Positions 29,145 to 38,905 of a stretch of 64,000 nt of DNA are shown one piece after another; position 1 is the first letter of the stretch; every line of letters begins with the position of its first letter. The translations under genes and the position numbers were made by a program. The stretch is from Candidatus Aminicenantes bacterium. Its GTDB lineage: Bacteria > Acidobacteriota > Aminicenantia > Aminicenantales > Aminicenantaceae. Under the pieces are notes generated by a model, which was not told the DNA's origin, did no database searches, and saw only the letters and a list, made by a program, of their open reading frames with translations. The DNA is taken from NCBI GenBank assembly GCA_016927475.1, contig JAFGMO010000012.1, positions 21,287 to 85,286 on the forward strand, given 5' to 3'.

Positions 29145-31394
29145 ATGAAAAAGTATAAAATCGCCTTTATCGGAAATTATATTCCACGTCAATGCGGTAT
29201 CGCAACATTTACCAGAGACCTCACTGAGTCTTTAATCAAAATCAATAGAGAAAAGAATATAAAAGCAGAGGCCTTTGTGGTAGCGATGAATGATCAGAAT
29301 CAGACATATGCCTATCCGGAAATAGTCAAGTTTACTGTCAGACAGGAATATCAGAGAGACTATTTAGAAGCTGCAAAATTTATTAATTATAGTAATGCTG
29401 AAATCTGCATTTTACAGCACGAATTTGGCATTTTTGGGGGTGAAAACGGGATATATATTCTTCCTTTGATTCACGAATTGCAAATTCCTCTTATTGTTAC
29501 ATTTCATACGGTATTAAAAAATCCATCTGAAAAAGAGATGATGATTGTTAGAGAAATCGGGAAAAAAGCAGAGAAAATTGTTGTTATGAGCAAATTGGCT
29601 GTAGATTTTTTAATCAATATTTATAATTTACAGAAGCAGAAAATAAAGCTTATCGAACATGGAGTTCCAGATTTTGATTTTATTCAAAGGAAAACTTATA
29701 AAAAGAAACTCAATCTTGAAAACAAGAAATCACTGCTGACATTTGGACTATTGAGTCGAGACAAGGGGCTTGAAACTGTTATCCAGGCTCTGCCTCGCGT
29801 AGTGAAGAAACATCCTGAAATCGTTTATGTCATACTGGGGAAAACTCACCCAAATGTAGTAAGGTCGTCCGGGGAAGAATACAGAAATTATCTTAAACTT
29901 CTTGTAGAAAGGAATAATTTAAGAAAGCATGTCTATTTTTATGATAAATACGTATCCAACGAGGAGTTGTTTGGCTATCTTTCAGCCATTGATATATATA
30001 TCACACCATATCTCAATGAGGCGCAAATAACGAGCGGTACATTATCCTATGCCATAGGAGCGGGAGCTGCTGTTGTTTCAACCCCATACTGGCATGCCAA
30101 GGAATTATTGTCGGATGGAAGGGGAATGTTGTTTGATTTTAAGGATTCTGATGCACTTGCCGATTTACTGATAAATTTGTTTAATAACCCAGAAAAGCTG
30201 AGCAGAATAAGGAAAAAAGCTTATCAATATGGAAGGAAAACTGTCTGGCCTGAGATTGGGGCTCGCTATCTTCAGCTTGTTGCCGACGTCTTGAAAAAAG
30301 GTCCTGAAGTAAGAATTAAAGAGGAACCTGTAGTTAATCCTTTGATTCTTCCAGAATTTTGTTTAGATCATGTGCAAAGATTAACTGATGATACGGGAAT
30401 TCTCCAACATGCAAAATATATAATCCCTAACTTTAAAGAAGGCTATAGTCTGGATGACAATGCTCGCGCTCTTTTAATGTTTCTTATGGTCTTCAGGCAA
30501 AGAAAAAATAAAGAAGCACTGAAGTTTATTACTACCTGCTTGAGTTTCATCAATTTAATGCAGAATGATGATGGGACCTTTAAAAATTATTTGAGCTTTA
30601 ATAGGAATTTCATTGATCAAGTCGGTTCAGAAGATTCATTTGGTAGAACTGTGTGGGCACTTGGATATCTGGTTAAGTATCCACCAAATGACCTCTTTTT
30701 TGAAATTGCTGAAGAGATTTTAATAAAATCTTTCTCTAACTTGATGCATTTAAAATCTATTCGTGGTATGACAAACTCAATCATAGGGCTCTGCCATTTT
30801 CTCAAAATTTTCCCCGATAATAAGCAGATAAAAATAATCCTTAAAGAGATGACTTACAAAATAGTGAAAAGCTATAAAAATTATAAGACAGATGATTGGC
30901 GTTGGTTCGAACCAATTTTGACTTATGATAATGGCATTCTTCCCCTCTCGCTTTTGCATGCTTCTGAAGAGATTGAAGATGAGAACATTTTAAAGATTGC
31001 CTACGAATCAATAGAATTTTTGGAAAAAGCAACTTTGGTGAAAGGACATCTGTCTTTGGTGGGAAGTGATAACTGGTTTAAAAAAGGAGGAGATCGTTCG
31101 CAGTTTGCTCAGCAGCCATTAGATACTACGGCCATGGTTTTGATGTTTTATCAGGCTTATCTAGTCAGTAGAAATAAAACTTTTTTAAAAAAAATGCTCA
31201 AATCTTATATGTGGTTTCTGGGAGAAAATGATATAAATAAGCCTTTGTATGATTTCAAAACTTGCGGCTGTTCTGATGGAATAGAAAGCTACGGCACAAA
31301 CAGAAATCAAGGAGCAGAAAGCATTATCATGTATATGATTGCCCACATGGCCGTTCTTTTGGCTTATGAACAAGAAGTGGATCAGATCAAATGA
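29145..31394 (+). CDS. GT4-family glycosyltransferase fused to a C-terminal (alpha/alpha)6-barrel-like domain
   Basis: N-terminal ~390 aa are GT-B/GT4 (KIAFIGNYIPRQCGIATFT...). The C-terminal ~350 aa have alpha-toroid-like blocks (YSLDDNARALLMFL, NDDGTF, FGRTVWALGYL). Low GC (~35%). Confidence 0.65.
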   Translation: MKKYKIAFIGNYIPRQCGIATFTRDLTESLIKINREKNIKAEAFVVAMNDQNQTYAYPEIVKFTVRQEYQRDYLEAAKFINYSNAEICILQHEFGIFGGENGIYILPLIHELQIPLIVTFHTVLKNPSEKEMMIVREIGKKAEKIVVMSKLAVDFLINIYNLQKQKIKLIEHGVPDFDFIQRKTYKKKLNLENKKSLLTFGLLSRDKGLETVIQALPRVVKKHPEIVYVILGKTHPNVVRSSGEEYRNYLKLLVERNNLRKHVYFYDKYVSNEELFGYLSAIDIYITPYLNEAQITSGTLSYAIGAGAAVVSTPYWHAKELLSDGRGMLFDFKDSDALADLLINLFNNPEKLSRIRKKAYQYGRKTVWPEIGARYLQLVADVLKKGPEVRIKEEPVVNPLILPEFCLDHVQRLTDDTGILQHAKYIIPNFKEGYSLDDNARALLMFLMVFRQRKNKEALKFITTCLSFINLMQNDDGTFKNYLSFNRNFIDQVGSEDSFGRTVWALGYLVKYPPNDLFFEIAEEILIKSFSNLMHLKSIRGMTNSIIGLCHFLKIFPDNKQIKIILKEMTYKIVKSYKNYKTDDWRWFEPILTYDNGILPLSLLHASEEIEDENILKIAYESIEFLEKATLVKGHLSLVGSDNWFKKGGDRSQFAQQPLDTTAMVLMFYQAYLVSRNKTFLKKMLKSYMWFLGENDINKPLYDFKTCGCSDGIESYGTNRNQGAESIIMYMIAHMAVLLAYEQEVDQIK

Positions 31395-31401
31395 AAATCC
31401 A

Positions 31402-32868
31402 TCAATGATTCGTCAATTTCTCAAAGAGCTCATCAAGGGGAATGCCGGCAAATCCTGAGGAATAATCAGACATACCATAGGCAATGACTAATTCATTGTT
31501 ATGAATGATGGAACCGCAGGAATACACCACATTGGGAACATAACCTTCACGTTCCTCTTCGTTGGGAACAAGAAGTGGTTCTGCCAGGCGGCCGATAACT
31601 TTTGTAGGGTCATCTTTGTCAAGAAGTAGAGCACCTAGACTGTAGCTTCTCATCGGACCGACTCCATGGGTAATGAGAAGCCATCCTTTTTCGGTTTCAA
31701 GAGGGGATCCTGAATTACCGATTTTAATGAGTTCCCATGTTTGAAGGGGTTCCTGGATTTTCTTTGCACTTCTCCAGTAATTTATATTTTCTGAATACAT
31801 GATATAGTTGTTAATGCCATCCGATCGTGCAGTCATAACGTATTTTCCATTTATCTTTCGCGGGAAGAGAGACATCCCTTTATTCTGAGCATATTCTCCA
31901 TTCATCGGCATCACTTCAAAATGATAGAAATCATATGTTTTCATCAGTTTTGGCAGAATGGTATAACCATCATAGGCCGTATAGGTCGCGTAATAAGTGA
32001 CCTTTCCATTATCATCAGTAAATTTTACAAATCTGGCGTCCTCAATACCGTTCACTTCTGTGTATGAGACAGGAAAAAGAACTCTTTCTGAAATTGCAGT
32101 ATCCAGTGAAAATTTAACCTCATAATGAGACTTGGCCAGCCACATAATCGATTCTATGACCTTTGTTTTACTGGGAGTGACTCTAACCTGTTTTAAAGTT
32201 TCCTCTATACTTTGTTTCAATTCGCCGTAAAGAAATGTTTTTCCTAGTTTATCCATCACTATATTCACGACATCTTTTTCAATATGCATTTCAGAAAGCT
32301 TTTTCAGAAACGTTATTTTCTTGTATACATGACGCTTGATGATTTCTGGTACATCTACTAATCTTCCCTCAGTCTGAAATTTCAGGCTGTTATCTTTATC
32401 AACGATTCCCTGGCGGAAAACAATAGAAGAAATATGATGCTCGCCTGTAGCGCGGAAACTGACGATGATTCTTTTCTGGCCTTCTTCCAAATTGCTTTGA
32501 TCAGGTGCTTCAACAATAGATGGATTAAAAAACGCAGTTGATTCAATGGAGTATTCTGTTGTGAAATAAGATCCAATCAGTAATTTTTTTTTCAAACTAA
32601 GTGGCTTATTATCATTATTTATATTACCCAATATTTCTTGTAGAGAATTAAAACTATTCTCAAATATTTTTGAAATGTTTCGATGTCTTTTGGAAAAATT
32701 GCTCAATATTTGGTTGAGTATATGACTTACTTCCTCTTCAGAACGTTTTAAAATGCTTGTAATAATGACTCTTGCTCTATCCTCTTTTATTGGCATATAG
32801 AATTTCGCAATAACTCTTTTTGGGTTAGGGTAAAAACGAGTTTCTTTTCTATTCACGGTTATAGCCAT
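31402..32868 (-). CDS. GH130-family glycoside hydrolase/phosphorylase-like protein (beta-mannoside phosphorylase family)
   Basis: GIEDARFVKF (GH130 EDPR-like block), GALLLDKDDPTKV and VVYSCGSIIHNNELVIAYGMSDYSSGFA C-terminal blocks typical of GH130, plus an N-terminal ~190-aa extension. Low GC. Confidence 0.65.
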   Translation of the reverse strand: MAITVNRKETRFYPNPKRVIAKFYMPIKEDRARVIITSILKRSEEEVSHILNQILSNFSKRHRNISKIFENSFNSLQEILGNINNDNKPLSLKKKLLIGSYFTTEYSIESTAFFNPSIVEAPDQSNLEEGQKRIIVSFRATGEHHISSIVFRQGIVDKDNSLKFQTEGRLVDVPEIIKRHVYKKITFLKKLSEMHIEKDVVNIVMDKLGKTFLYGELKQSIEETLKQVRVTPSKTKVIESIMWLAKSHYEVKFSLDTAISERVLFPVSYTEVNGIEDARFVKFTDDNGKVTYYATYTAYDGYTILPKLMKTYDFYHFEVMPMNGEYAQNKGMSLFPRKINGKYVMTARSDGINNYIMYSENINYWRSAKKIQEPLQTWELIKIGNSGSPLETEKGWLLITHGVGPMRSYSLGALLLDKDDPTKVIGRLAEPLLVPNEEEREGYVPNVVYSCGSIIHNNELVIAYGMSDYSSGFAGIPLDELFEKLTNH

Positions 32869-33097
32869 TTTGTGCTTTCCTTCTTCTTCTTCAAAGCCTC
32901 AATCTAGTGAAAAGACTCTTAAATTAAAATTGTTTTTAATTAAGAGATTATTAAAGAAAAAACAAAGTTTTGTCAATACTCAAAGAAAGGCATGATTTGG
33001 GGTGGGGGATCACGGCCATCAAGATAGATTTTGCTGGGATGTATTTATTGTTTTTTTCCCGGCGAAGGCTTTTCAAGCGAGGTGCGCAGGACTGTAA

Positions 33098-34267
33098 TCA
33101 CCTGTTCTTTTTATCGAAGTATAAGATTTGACCTTTCTCTACACACTTGGCCGCATACAAATACATGGCGGCTGACCATGTCTGCCAGTCTTGCCCTTGG
33201 GGGGTGCCGTCTTTGGCGCGTATCCATTCATTGAAACCGAAGGAAAGCTTGTTTCCTCGAGCAGGCCTGACCAGCTCTGTAAGCGCCACTAATTTTTTTT
33301 CAGCCAGCTTGGGCATCCCTGCAGCGAGAACCGCGGCCACATAAAAACCGCAAATAAATGGCCAAACACCCCCGTTGTGATATTCACCGGGTTTATTGTA
33401 TGTTTCATAGCGGGGTCTCCAATCGGGATCCTCCGGTCTAATATAAGGAAATAAGTTCGGTGGCAAATCTACAGCTAGCTCTCTATGTTCCCTTAGATTT
33501 TTACATTCGGATTCGATCCAGGATATCAGCTGTTTCGATCGAGTATGACTAGCAATGCCGGTAAGAATGGCTAGGGAATTTCCCAGAAGGTCGAATCGTT
33601 CATTCCTGTAGATTTTGTAAGACCAGAGGGAATAATATGGCTTATGGGGAACAACCAATCCCTCGTGAACATGCCTTGACTGTTTCTCTCCCAGAATTAT
33701 GAAGTGCCGGATCATGTCACGGAGCTGTTCGGCCTGATCATTGCGCCCGAAAAGACAAAGATATGCGAAGACAATGGTATTAACATATAGCCCATAACCG
33801 AGAACCCATTGCTCGTCACGCCAGTCTGAGGTAGGAAGTTGAGCCACCATGACGCGGTCACTGGGGCTCTGGTACTCCATCCAAGTGAGCGCTTTATTTG
33901 CGGCCTCCTCTAAAAAATCCTTGTTGCCGGTTACCCTTCGGAAGATGGCAAGGGACATGAGAAATAGGGGAGTCGTATCACTGGCCCCCCGGTCTTCTGG
34001 ATCGTGCACCAATGAAGGGATGTGTCCATGAAAGGTTTGGTTCTGAGCTAGTGTTTCCAGTACTTTCTTTAGGCAATTTATAAGCTGTTCGTTCTCCGAA
34101 GCGAGTATCCCCAAAGCTGATACCATCAAATCCCTTGTATAAGGTTCAGGATACCCCCAGCCTGCTGTTCTGGGCAGTCCCTGATAGGGGCCTCGGGAAT
34201 TATGGATGAGAATCTCCAGAGCTGCCTTCTTGGCTTCCTCAACAGGATTGTAAAAAGGCTTTTTCAT
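33098..34267 (-). CDS. GH100/GDE_C-like (alpha/alpha)6-barrel glycoside hydrolase (neutral-invertase/amylo-alpha-1,6-glucosidase superfamily)
   Basis: PYTRDLMVSALGIL (compare VFIRDFVPSALAFL of alkaline/neutral invertases), GASDTTPLF and YHNGGVWPF motifs. Start is 1 nt after the upstream GT4 stop. Confidence 0.6.
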   Translation of the reverse strand: MKKPFYNPVEEAKKAALEILIHNSRGPYQGLPRTAGWGYPEPYTRDLMVSALGILASENEQLINCLKKVLETLAQNQTFHGHIPSLVHDPEDRGASDTTPLFLMSLAIFRRVTGNKDFLEEAANKALTWMEYQSPSDRVMVAQLPTSDWRDEQWVLGYGLYVNTIVFAYLCLFGRNDQAEQLRDMIRHFIILGEKQSRHVHEGLVVPHKPYYSLWSYKIYRNERFDLLGNSLAILTGIASHTRSKQLISWIESECKNLREHRELAVDLPPNLFPYIRPEDPDWRPRYETYNKPGEYHNGGVWPFICGFYVAAVLAAGMPKLAEKKLVALTELVRPARGNKLSFGFNEWIRAKDGTPQGQDWQTWSAAMYLYAAKCVEKGQILYFDKKNR

Positions 34268-34268
34268 T

Positions 34269-35414
34269 TCAGGAAATACTCAACCTTCGGGACATGATCT
34301 CGATAAATTTGCGGGCAACTCTGCGGTAATCAAAGAGTTCTACGACGCGTTTCCTTCCCGCCATACCCATTGTTTTACGGAGATCGGAATCAGTCATCAA
34401 TTTAAACAAATAATCAGCGATGTCATAGATGCTGGCACGGTAGTCGGCAGTGTGCGGCCTTGGAAAGACGATGCGGTGCCCATTCTCAAAACCGGACTCT
34501 TCTCCCAGAATCGCTTCTCTTAGCCGAACTTCCTGGGCTACGCGGGCAAGGAAAGCCGTTTCTTTATGAACCAAAGTATCCAGCATGGCCATCGCTTTGA
34601 TACCGATGACCGGTTTTCCACAAGCCCCGGCCTCAACCTGAGGCATACCGAATCCTTCCAATCGAGAGGGAGCCGCATATATATCGCAGGCACCGATCAG
34701 ATAAGGCATGAAATTCCTGGAAATTACATTGGTCGTATACACCACGTTCTTTTCTATACCCAGATCAGTGGCCAATTTCATATCTGCCAGGTTCTGAGCG
34801 ACCGTCCGAGGTTGAGGCCATACTTTACAGACGTACTTCCAATCAGGAATCTTGGTGTCAATCAAGGCGAGCGCTTGCATCACCTCCTGGGAACCTTTAG
34901 ATGCTGCATCACCACCGACAGTCAAGATCATGATCTGATCTTGAGACACTCCCAAGGCCTCGCGTACGGTTACGATCTTTTTGTCGTTCATGTCGGGGGG
35001 ATTGAAGGCATCAGTGTCACACCCAACAGGAAGGACTTCTATAATATCCTGTTTGACGCCGTCCCTGATGTAAGTGTCTTTAACCCAATTAGATGTGACT
35101 AAAATCAAGGGAAGATTGTTCAAGACTTCGATATAATTTGCAATATAACCGTCGGCTACCATCCAAGGGACAGGCAGTACGCCATATCTTTGCGGATGGA
35201 GAATCAAGTGGGGGGTGTGTCCCCAATAACCGACGCCTACCACAACATCTGGTTCGAACCAGCGGTAATACCACTCTTTTTCTTGGGCGGATTCGAAATG
35301 GACAGCATGCGCATCAATACCTATCTCCTTAAGGCCTCTGAAGAGGAGATCGCCCTGAGTAGCGAGGCCTCCAGGAGAAGGGGGATAATCATAGAGGACC
35401 AATATTTTCATCAT
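34269..35414 (-). CDS. GT4-family glycosyltransferase
   Basis: GT-B fold with C-terminal EGFGMPQVEAGACGKPVI motif. ATG 35414 (MMKILVLYDY) is preceded by AAGGAG. The longer track start lacks an RBS. Confidence 0.8.
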   Translation of the reverse strand: MMKILVLYDYPPSPGGLATQGDLLFRGLKEIGIDAHAVHFESAQEKEWYYRWFEPDVVVGVGYWGHTPHLILHPQRYGVLPVPWMVADGYIANYIEVLNNLPLILVTSNWVKDTYIRDGVKQDIIEVLPVGCDTDAFNPPDMNDKKIVTVREALGVSQDQIMILTVGGDAASKGSQEVMQALALIDTKIPDWKYVCKVWPQPRTVAQNLADMKLATDLGIEKNVVYTTNVISRNFMPYLIGACDIYAAPSRLEGFGMPQVEAGACGKPVIGIKAMAMLDTLVHKETAFLARVAQEVRLREAILGEESGFENGHRIVFPRPHTADYRASIYDIADYLFKLMTDSDLRKTMGMAGRKRVVELFDYRRVARKFIEIMSRRLSIS

Positions 35415-36063
35415 CTTTCTCCTTTTTGAGACACCATCCATTATAACTTTTTGGTGAATTGAAACACCAAAAGGCTTCCACATTGGGTGAGGTTCGAGCT
35501 TCCCAGCTTGCCTGAGAAAATCCGTATATCTTGGTTATAATAGAATTCTTTCTCTTCCAAACAGGCAGAGGCAGGGACAGGGTATGATGGGCGTTTTTAT
35601 CAGCGTGGGTGTAATAGGCTCCTTGGCCATCCTCATAGGCAAAAATCCACATTTCCTTTGTTTGGATCTTTTTACTGGTCCAGAGTGCTAATAATGCTTT
35701 GCCGGTTTCTTCATGTCTCCGGTGTCGGGTGTATTCGCCCCAAGGACTGTGGGTAATTAAAAGATCAAACCTGCTTCCTTCGATTAAGTTAATGATTGTT
35801 TTGTGAATCTCGGCCTCTTCCAGTGGCTTTTGATCAGGACCGTCCTCCAGATCCGCCATTTTTCCTTTTGCATGCAGAAATCTTAGTGCTTTGAAAAACT
35901 TGTTGGATCTGTCGCGATCGCTCTGGCGGCACAAAGTATAGATTGAACATTGCCATTCGGGATGCATAATTATTGTTCCTCCTGCCCAAAGTGTCTCATC
36001 ATCAGGGTGGGCAACAATGATCCCGACATTTCGGCATTTGTTATGTGTTTTTTCTTGCCCCAT
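35389..36063 (-). CDS. PIG-L/LmbE-family N-acetylglucosaminyl deacetylase
   Basis: AHPDDE zinc-binding motif (IIVAHPDDETLWAGG) and conserved His/Asp downstream. The 3' end overlaps the GT4 start by about 26 nt. Confidence 0.8.
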   Translation of the reverse strand: MGQEKTHNKCRNVGIIVAHPDDETLWAGGTIIMHPEWQCSIYTLCRQSDRDRSNKFFKALRFLHAKGKMADLEDGPDQKPLEEAEIHKTIINLIEGSRFDLLITHSPWGEYTRHRRHEETGKALLALWTSKKIQTKEMWIFAYEDGQGAYYTHADKNAHHTLSLPLPVWKRKNSIITKIYGFSQASWEARTSPNVEAFWCFNSPKSYNGWCLKKEKDDENIGPL

Positions 36064-36212
36064 GGTTCCTAGGAATAAAAAATTTTTTTTTATTTTTATA
36101 ATTATAATGTAAAGCTCGATGTAATAATACTGGAAAGCGGCCTTAGTCAGCGGATGAATTTTTTTTTAGATGCAAAGTATTCATATTTGAAATCGGTTTA
36201 TAAATATATAAA

Positions 36213-38633
36213 TCATTCTGATATTGTAACAGACTCCAAAAGTGCGGATGTCATCCAGGGAGAATAATCAAATAGATTATGATAGGAAAAACGTAATGTG
36301 AGAATATTCTCTCTTTTTTTTACAAAATCACCCATACAGATGAAATCAATCACATTGGTTCCGTATTTTAATGATTTTTGATATACATGAGTTCCATTAC
36401 AAGCGATTTTTACTTTCTGGATGTAATCTCCATGCCACCTAGGATCGGTAAAGCGGAATTGAGAATAGAGACGAAGCTGAACATGCATTCTTTTGGAGAC
36501 GGATTTGTTGATTCTTATATAAACTTCTCGCATACAGATTCTATGAGTTTTATTCTCCACTTTAACTATGGGACCAAAACCTGATAAAAATTCGATTTTA
36601 GGTCTTTGATTAGAGAGTCTTTCCCTGGGCATCTGATAGGATATTTCTTTTTCTGTATGGGGCATTTCAATGCCCTGATAGTCCAGATAGTATTTTATTG
36701 TGAATAGCTGAGTATTAGGCAGAGGCAGCTGAAAATGAATCAACTCCTTTTGAGAAGAGAATCCTCTCTCTAATGAAATATTTTTTTGGATTTTTATGTG
36801 GATCAGAAAACCTGGATTATTCGATAGTTTTCGATTCCGGAAAGTAATGTACAATTTTCTGTTGGAAGTTTCTATTTGATGGATAACAAGGTCTGGAATA
36901 GTATCTGGAATCCTATGTAGAAGTTCTAATGGAAAAATATGGCCTCGAAGATCAAACACCAAAAGCCCGAAGTTACCAATATCTATTTTTTTTCTATGAA
37001 CATGAAGCCGGTCAAGAAGCTGCAGAAAAAACTCAGAGCGGTCGAAATATTGGATTAAATTTTCTTTTATATTATTTACGCTTTCCTTGTATTTCAATGC
37101 GTACGATCCAGGCTCTTTAAAAAATAAAAAGTTGTTGTTTTCCCCACGGTTCAAGTACTCCAGTCGGTAAGGAATATATTTTACATAAGGTTGAGACCAA
37201 CAGATCAGCTTCTCACCCGAGAGGGCGGTAATAAGAAAGGACTGCCAGAATCCTCCTGTCCAGTACTTCTTGCCGGTTTTTTCCATAATTGTTATGAGTT
37301 GTTTTAAGTTGGCGTCTGCCTCTTTAACCAGGAGGTGGCTTTTAAAAAGCCCGGAAATGTTGCTGGTGAAAAAAATAAGGAGAAATAAACCTGCGATAAG
37401 AAAGTTTTTAATTTTTTTTCTTATCTGGATCATACCATATACTAAGAAGACAGGGAGGGAAACGTAAAGGGGATACAGATACCGGATCAAGAGATCGTTT
37501 GATTCGAATTTTGACAGCATGTAAATGCAAATAATGACAATAGCTAGAATGAGAAATATATTTTCAGGCAGGAATTTTTTTCTTTTTACTGAGTTAAATA
37601 TTAGAGTTGCCACACCAAGAATCAAAAGCCCGGCAAGTATATATACGAATTTGTTTTTTTCCCAAGTTAGTAGGGAAAAAATATTATTCAGGATGGAGGC
37701 CATTTTTTCTGTTGGATTATTGAGAAGGAGAGATTCTGGAAGCAGATACTGAATAGAAACCCCTTTAGAGCTTAATATGTGTAAAATCATGGGGAAACAT
37801 CCCACAAGTCCATAAATGCCCAGCTTGAAGTATTCTTTAATAGAAAACCGGAGCCGCATGACCAGAAATATCATACAGCATGACGCAAAATAGATAGTTA
37901 AAGGATGGGTCCAGAATGACAAACCCAGACATAGTCCGATTATAGGGATGTATTCTTTTCTATTTTTTTTATATAAAAGATAGGAAAGGAAAAGTGATAG
38001 AGTTCCCAAAAAAAGAACTACAGGTGAATAGGTGAGATGAAAGCTTAAAGCAAGGAGATATCCGATAGGCAGACTATAGAACAGACATAATGCTAAAGAT
38101 ATGGATTCTGATGAAAATATTTCCCGGTAAAAAAAATATTGAGTGATCACGAAGGCCGAAAAAAAGAAGAAGATAACGACCAAAGGACCCAAAATGGAAT
38201 AGCCGAATATTTTAAATACGATTGCATAAAGATGGCTGGGAAAGGTTCCTTCATCCAAGCTGTCATATAAATAGATGGGAGGCCATTTTCCTTCCGAGAT
38301 ATGCTTTCCGACTAATAGAGGAACGGAGTCATCGGAGTCTATAAGGCCAAAGCTATATGAATAAAATGGAATTCGAATGATGAGGGCCAGCAGGATGAGT
38401 CCGGTCAGAAACCAAAAACTCCTGGACTTCCAGAATGGAAAGTGTGGTCTGTATTTCTTGGATATTATTATACGAGCAAGGGTGATACCTATGAGTGGAA
38501 TCAATGCCGGAAATGGGGAGGCTTTGAGTTGATGCAATATTGTGAAGTTATTTTTGAACCATAAAATGAGAAAAATCAAATAAAGAATAAGTTGTAGATA
38601 TTTTAGAATAGATTTAGAGGTCTGTTTTGCCAT
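36213..38633 (-). CDS. GT-C-fold membrane glycosyltransferase (ArnT/PMT-like) with large C-terminal extracytoplasmic domain
   Basis: About 12 N-terminal TM helices with an acidic first-loop motif (GLIDSDDSVPLL), in the position of the GT-C catalytic DE/DxD. A ~380-aa soluble C-terminal domain follows. Very low GC (~33%). Confidence 0.5.
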   Translation of the reverse strand: MAKQTSKSILKYLQLILYLIFLILWFKNNFTILHQLKASPFPALIPLIGITLARIIISKKYRPHFPFWKSRSFWFLTGLILLALIIRIPFYSYSFGLIDSDDSVPLLVGKHISEGKWPPIYLYDSLDEGTFPSHLYAIVFKIFGYSILGPLVVIFFFFSAFVITQYFFYREIFSSESISLALCLFYSLPIGYLLALSFHLTYSPVVLFLGTLSLFLSYLLYKKNRKEYIPIIGLCLGLSFWTHPLTIYFASCCMIFLVMRLRFSIKEYFKLGIYGLVGCFPMILHILSSKGVSIQYLLPESLLLNNPTEKMASILNNIFSLLTWEKNKFVYILAGLLILGVATLIFNSVKRKKFLPENIFLILAIVIICIYMLSKFESNDLLIRYLYPLYVSLPVFLVYGMIQIRKKIKNFLIAGLFLLIFFTSNISGLFKSHLLVKEADANLKQLITIMEKTGKKYWTGGFWQSFLITALSGEKLICWSQPYVKYIPYRLEYLNRGENNNFLFFKEPGSYALKYKESVNNIKENLIQYFDRSEFFLQLLDRLHVHRKKIDIGNFGLLVFDLRGHIFPLELLHRIPDTIPDLVIHQIETSNRKLYITFRNRKLSNNPGFLIHIKIQKNISLERGFSSQKELIHFQLPLPNTQLFTIKYYLDYQGIEMPHTEKEISYQMPRERLSNQRPKIEFLSGFGPIVKVENKTHRICMREVYIRINKSVSKRMHVQLRLYSQFRFTDPRWHGDYIQKVKIACNGTHVYQKSLKYGTNVIDFICMGDFVKKRENILTLRFSYHNLFDYSPWMTSALLESVTISE

Positions 38634-38905
38634 TATAAAAACAATGAAGATGAGAAATATTTATCAAGCTAAAATAAAACAGCCTCTTTCCCTTTTCACC
38701 GATCAGTTCTTGCAGAGAAAGGATAGGAACTTCTTTTTTGTCGATGATGATTCATTTTTCCTAAATCCCCACCCAATAAAATCCTGAACTGAGACTAGCA
38801 CACCCAAACAGACAAAGTCAATGTCATTCGGAATGTCATTCGGAATGTTTCAGTAGTCGACAATGACAAATAGTTATTTTTATGTATTATGAATGGTGAG
38901 GTTTT

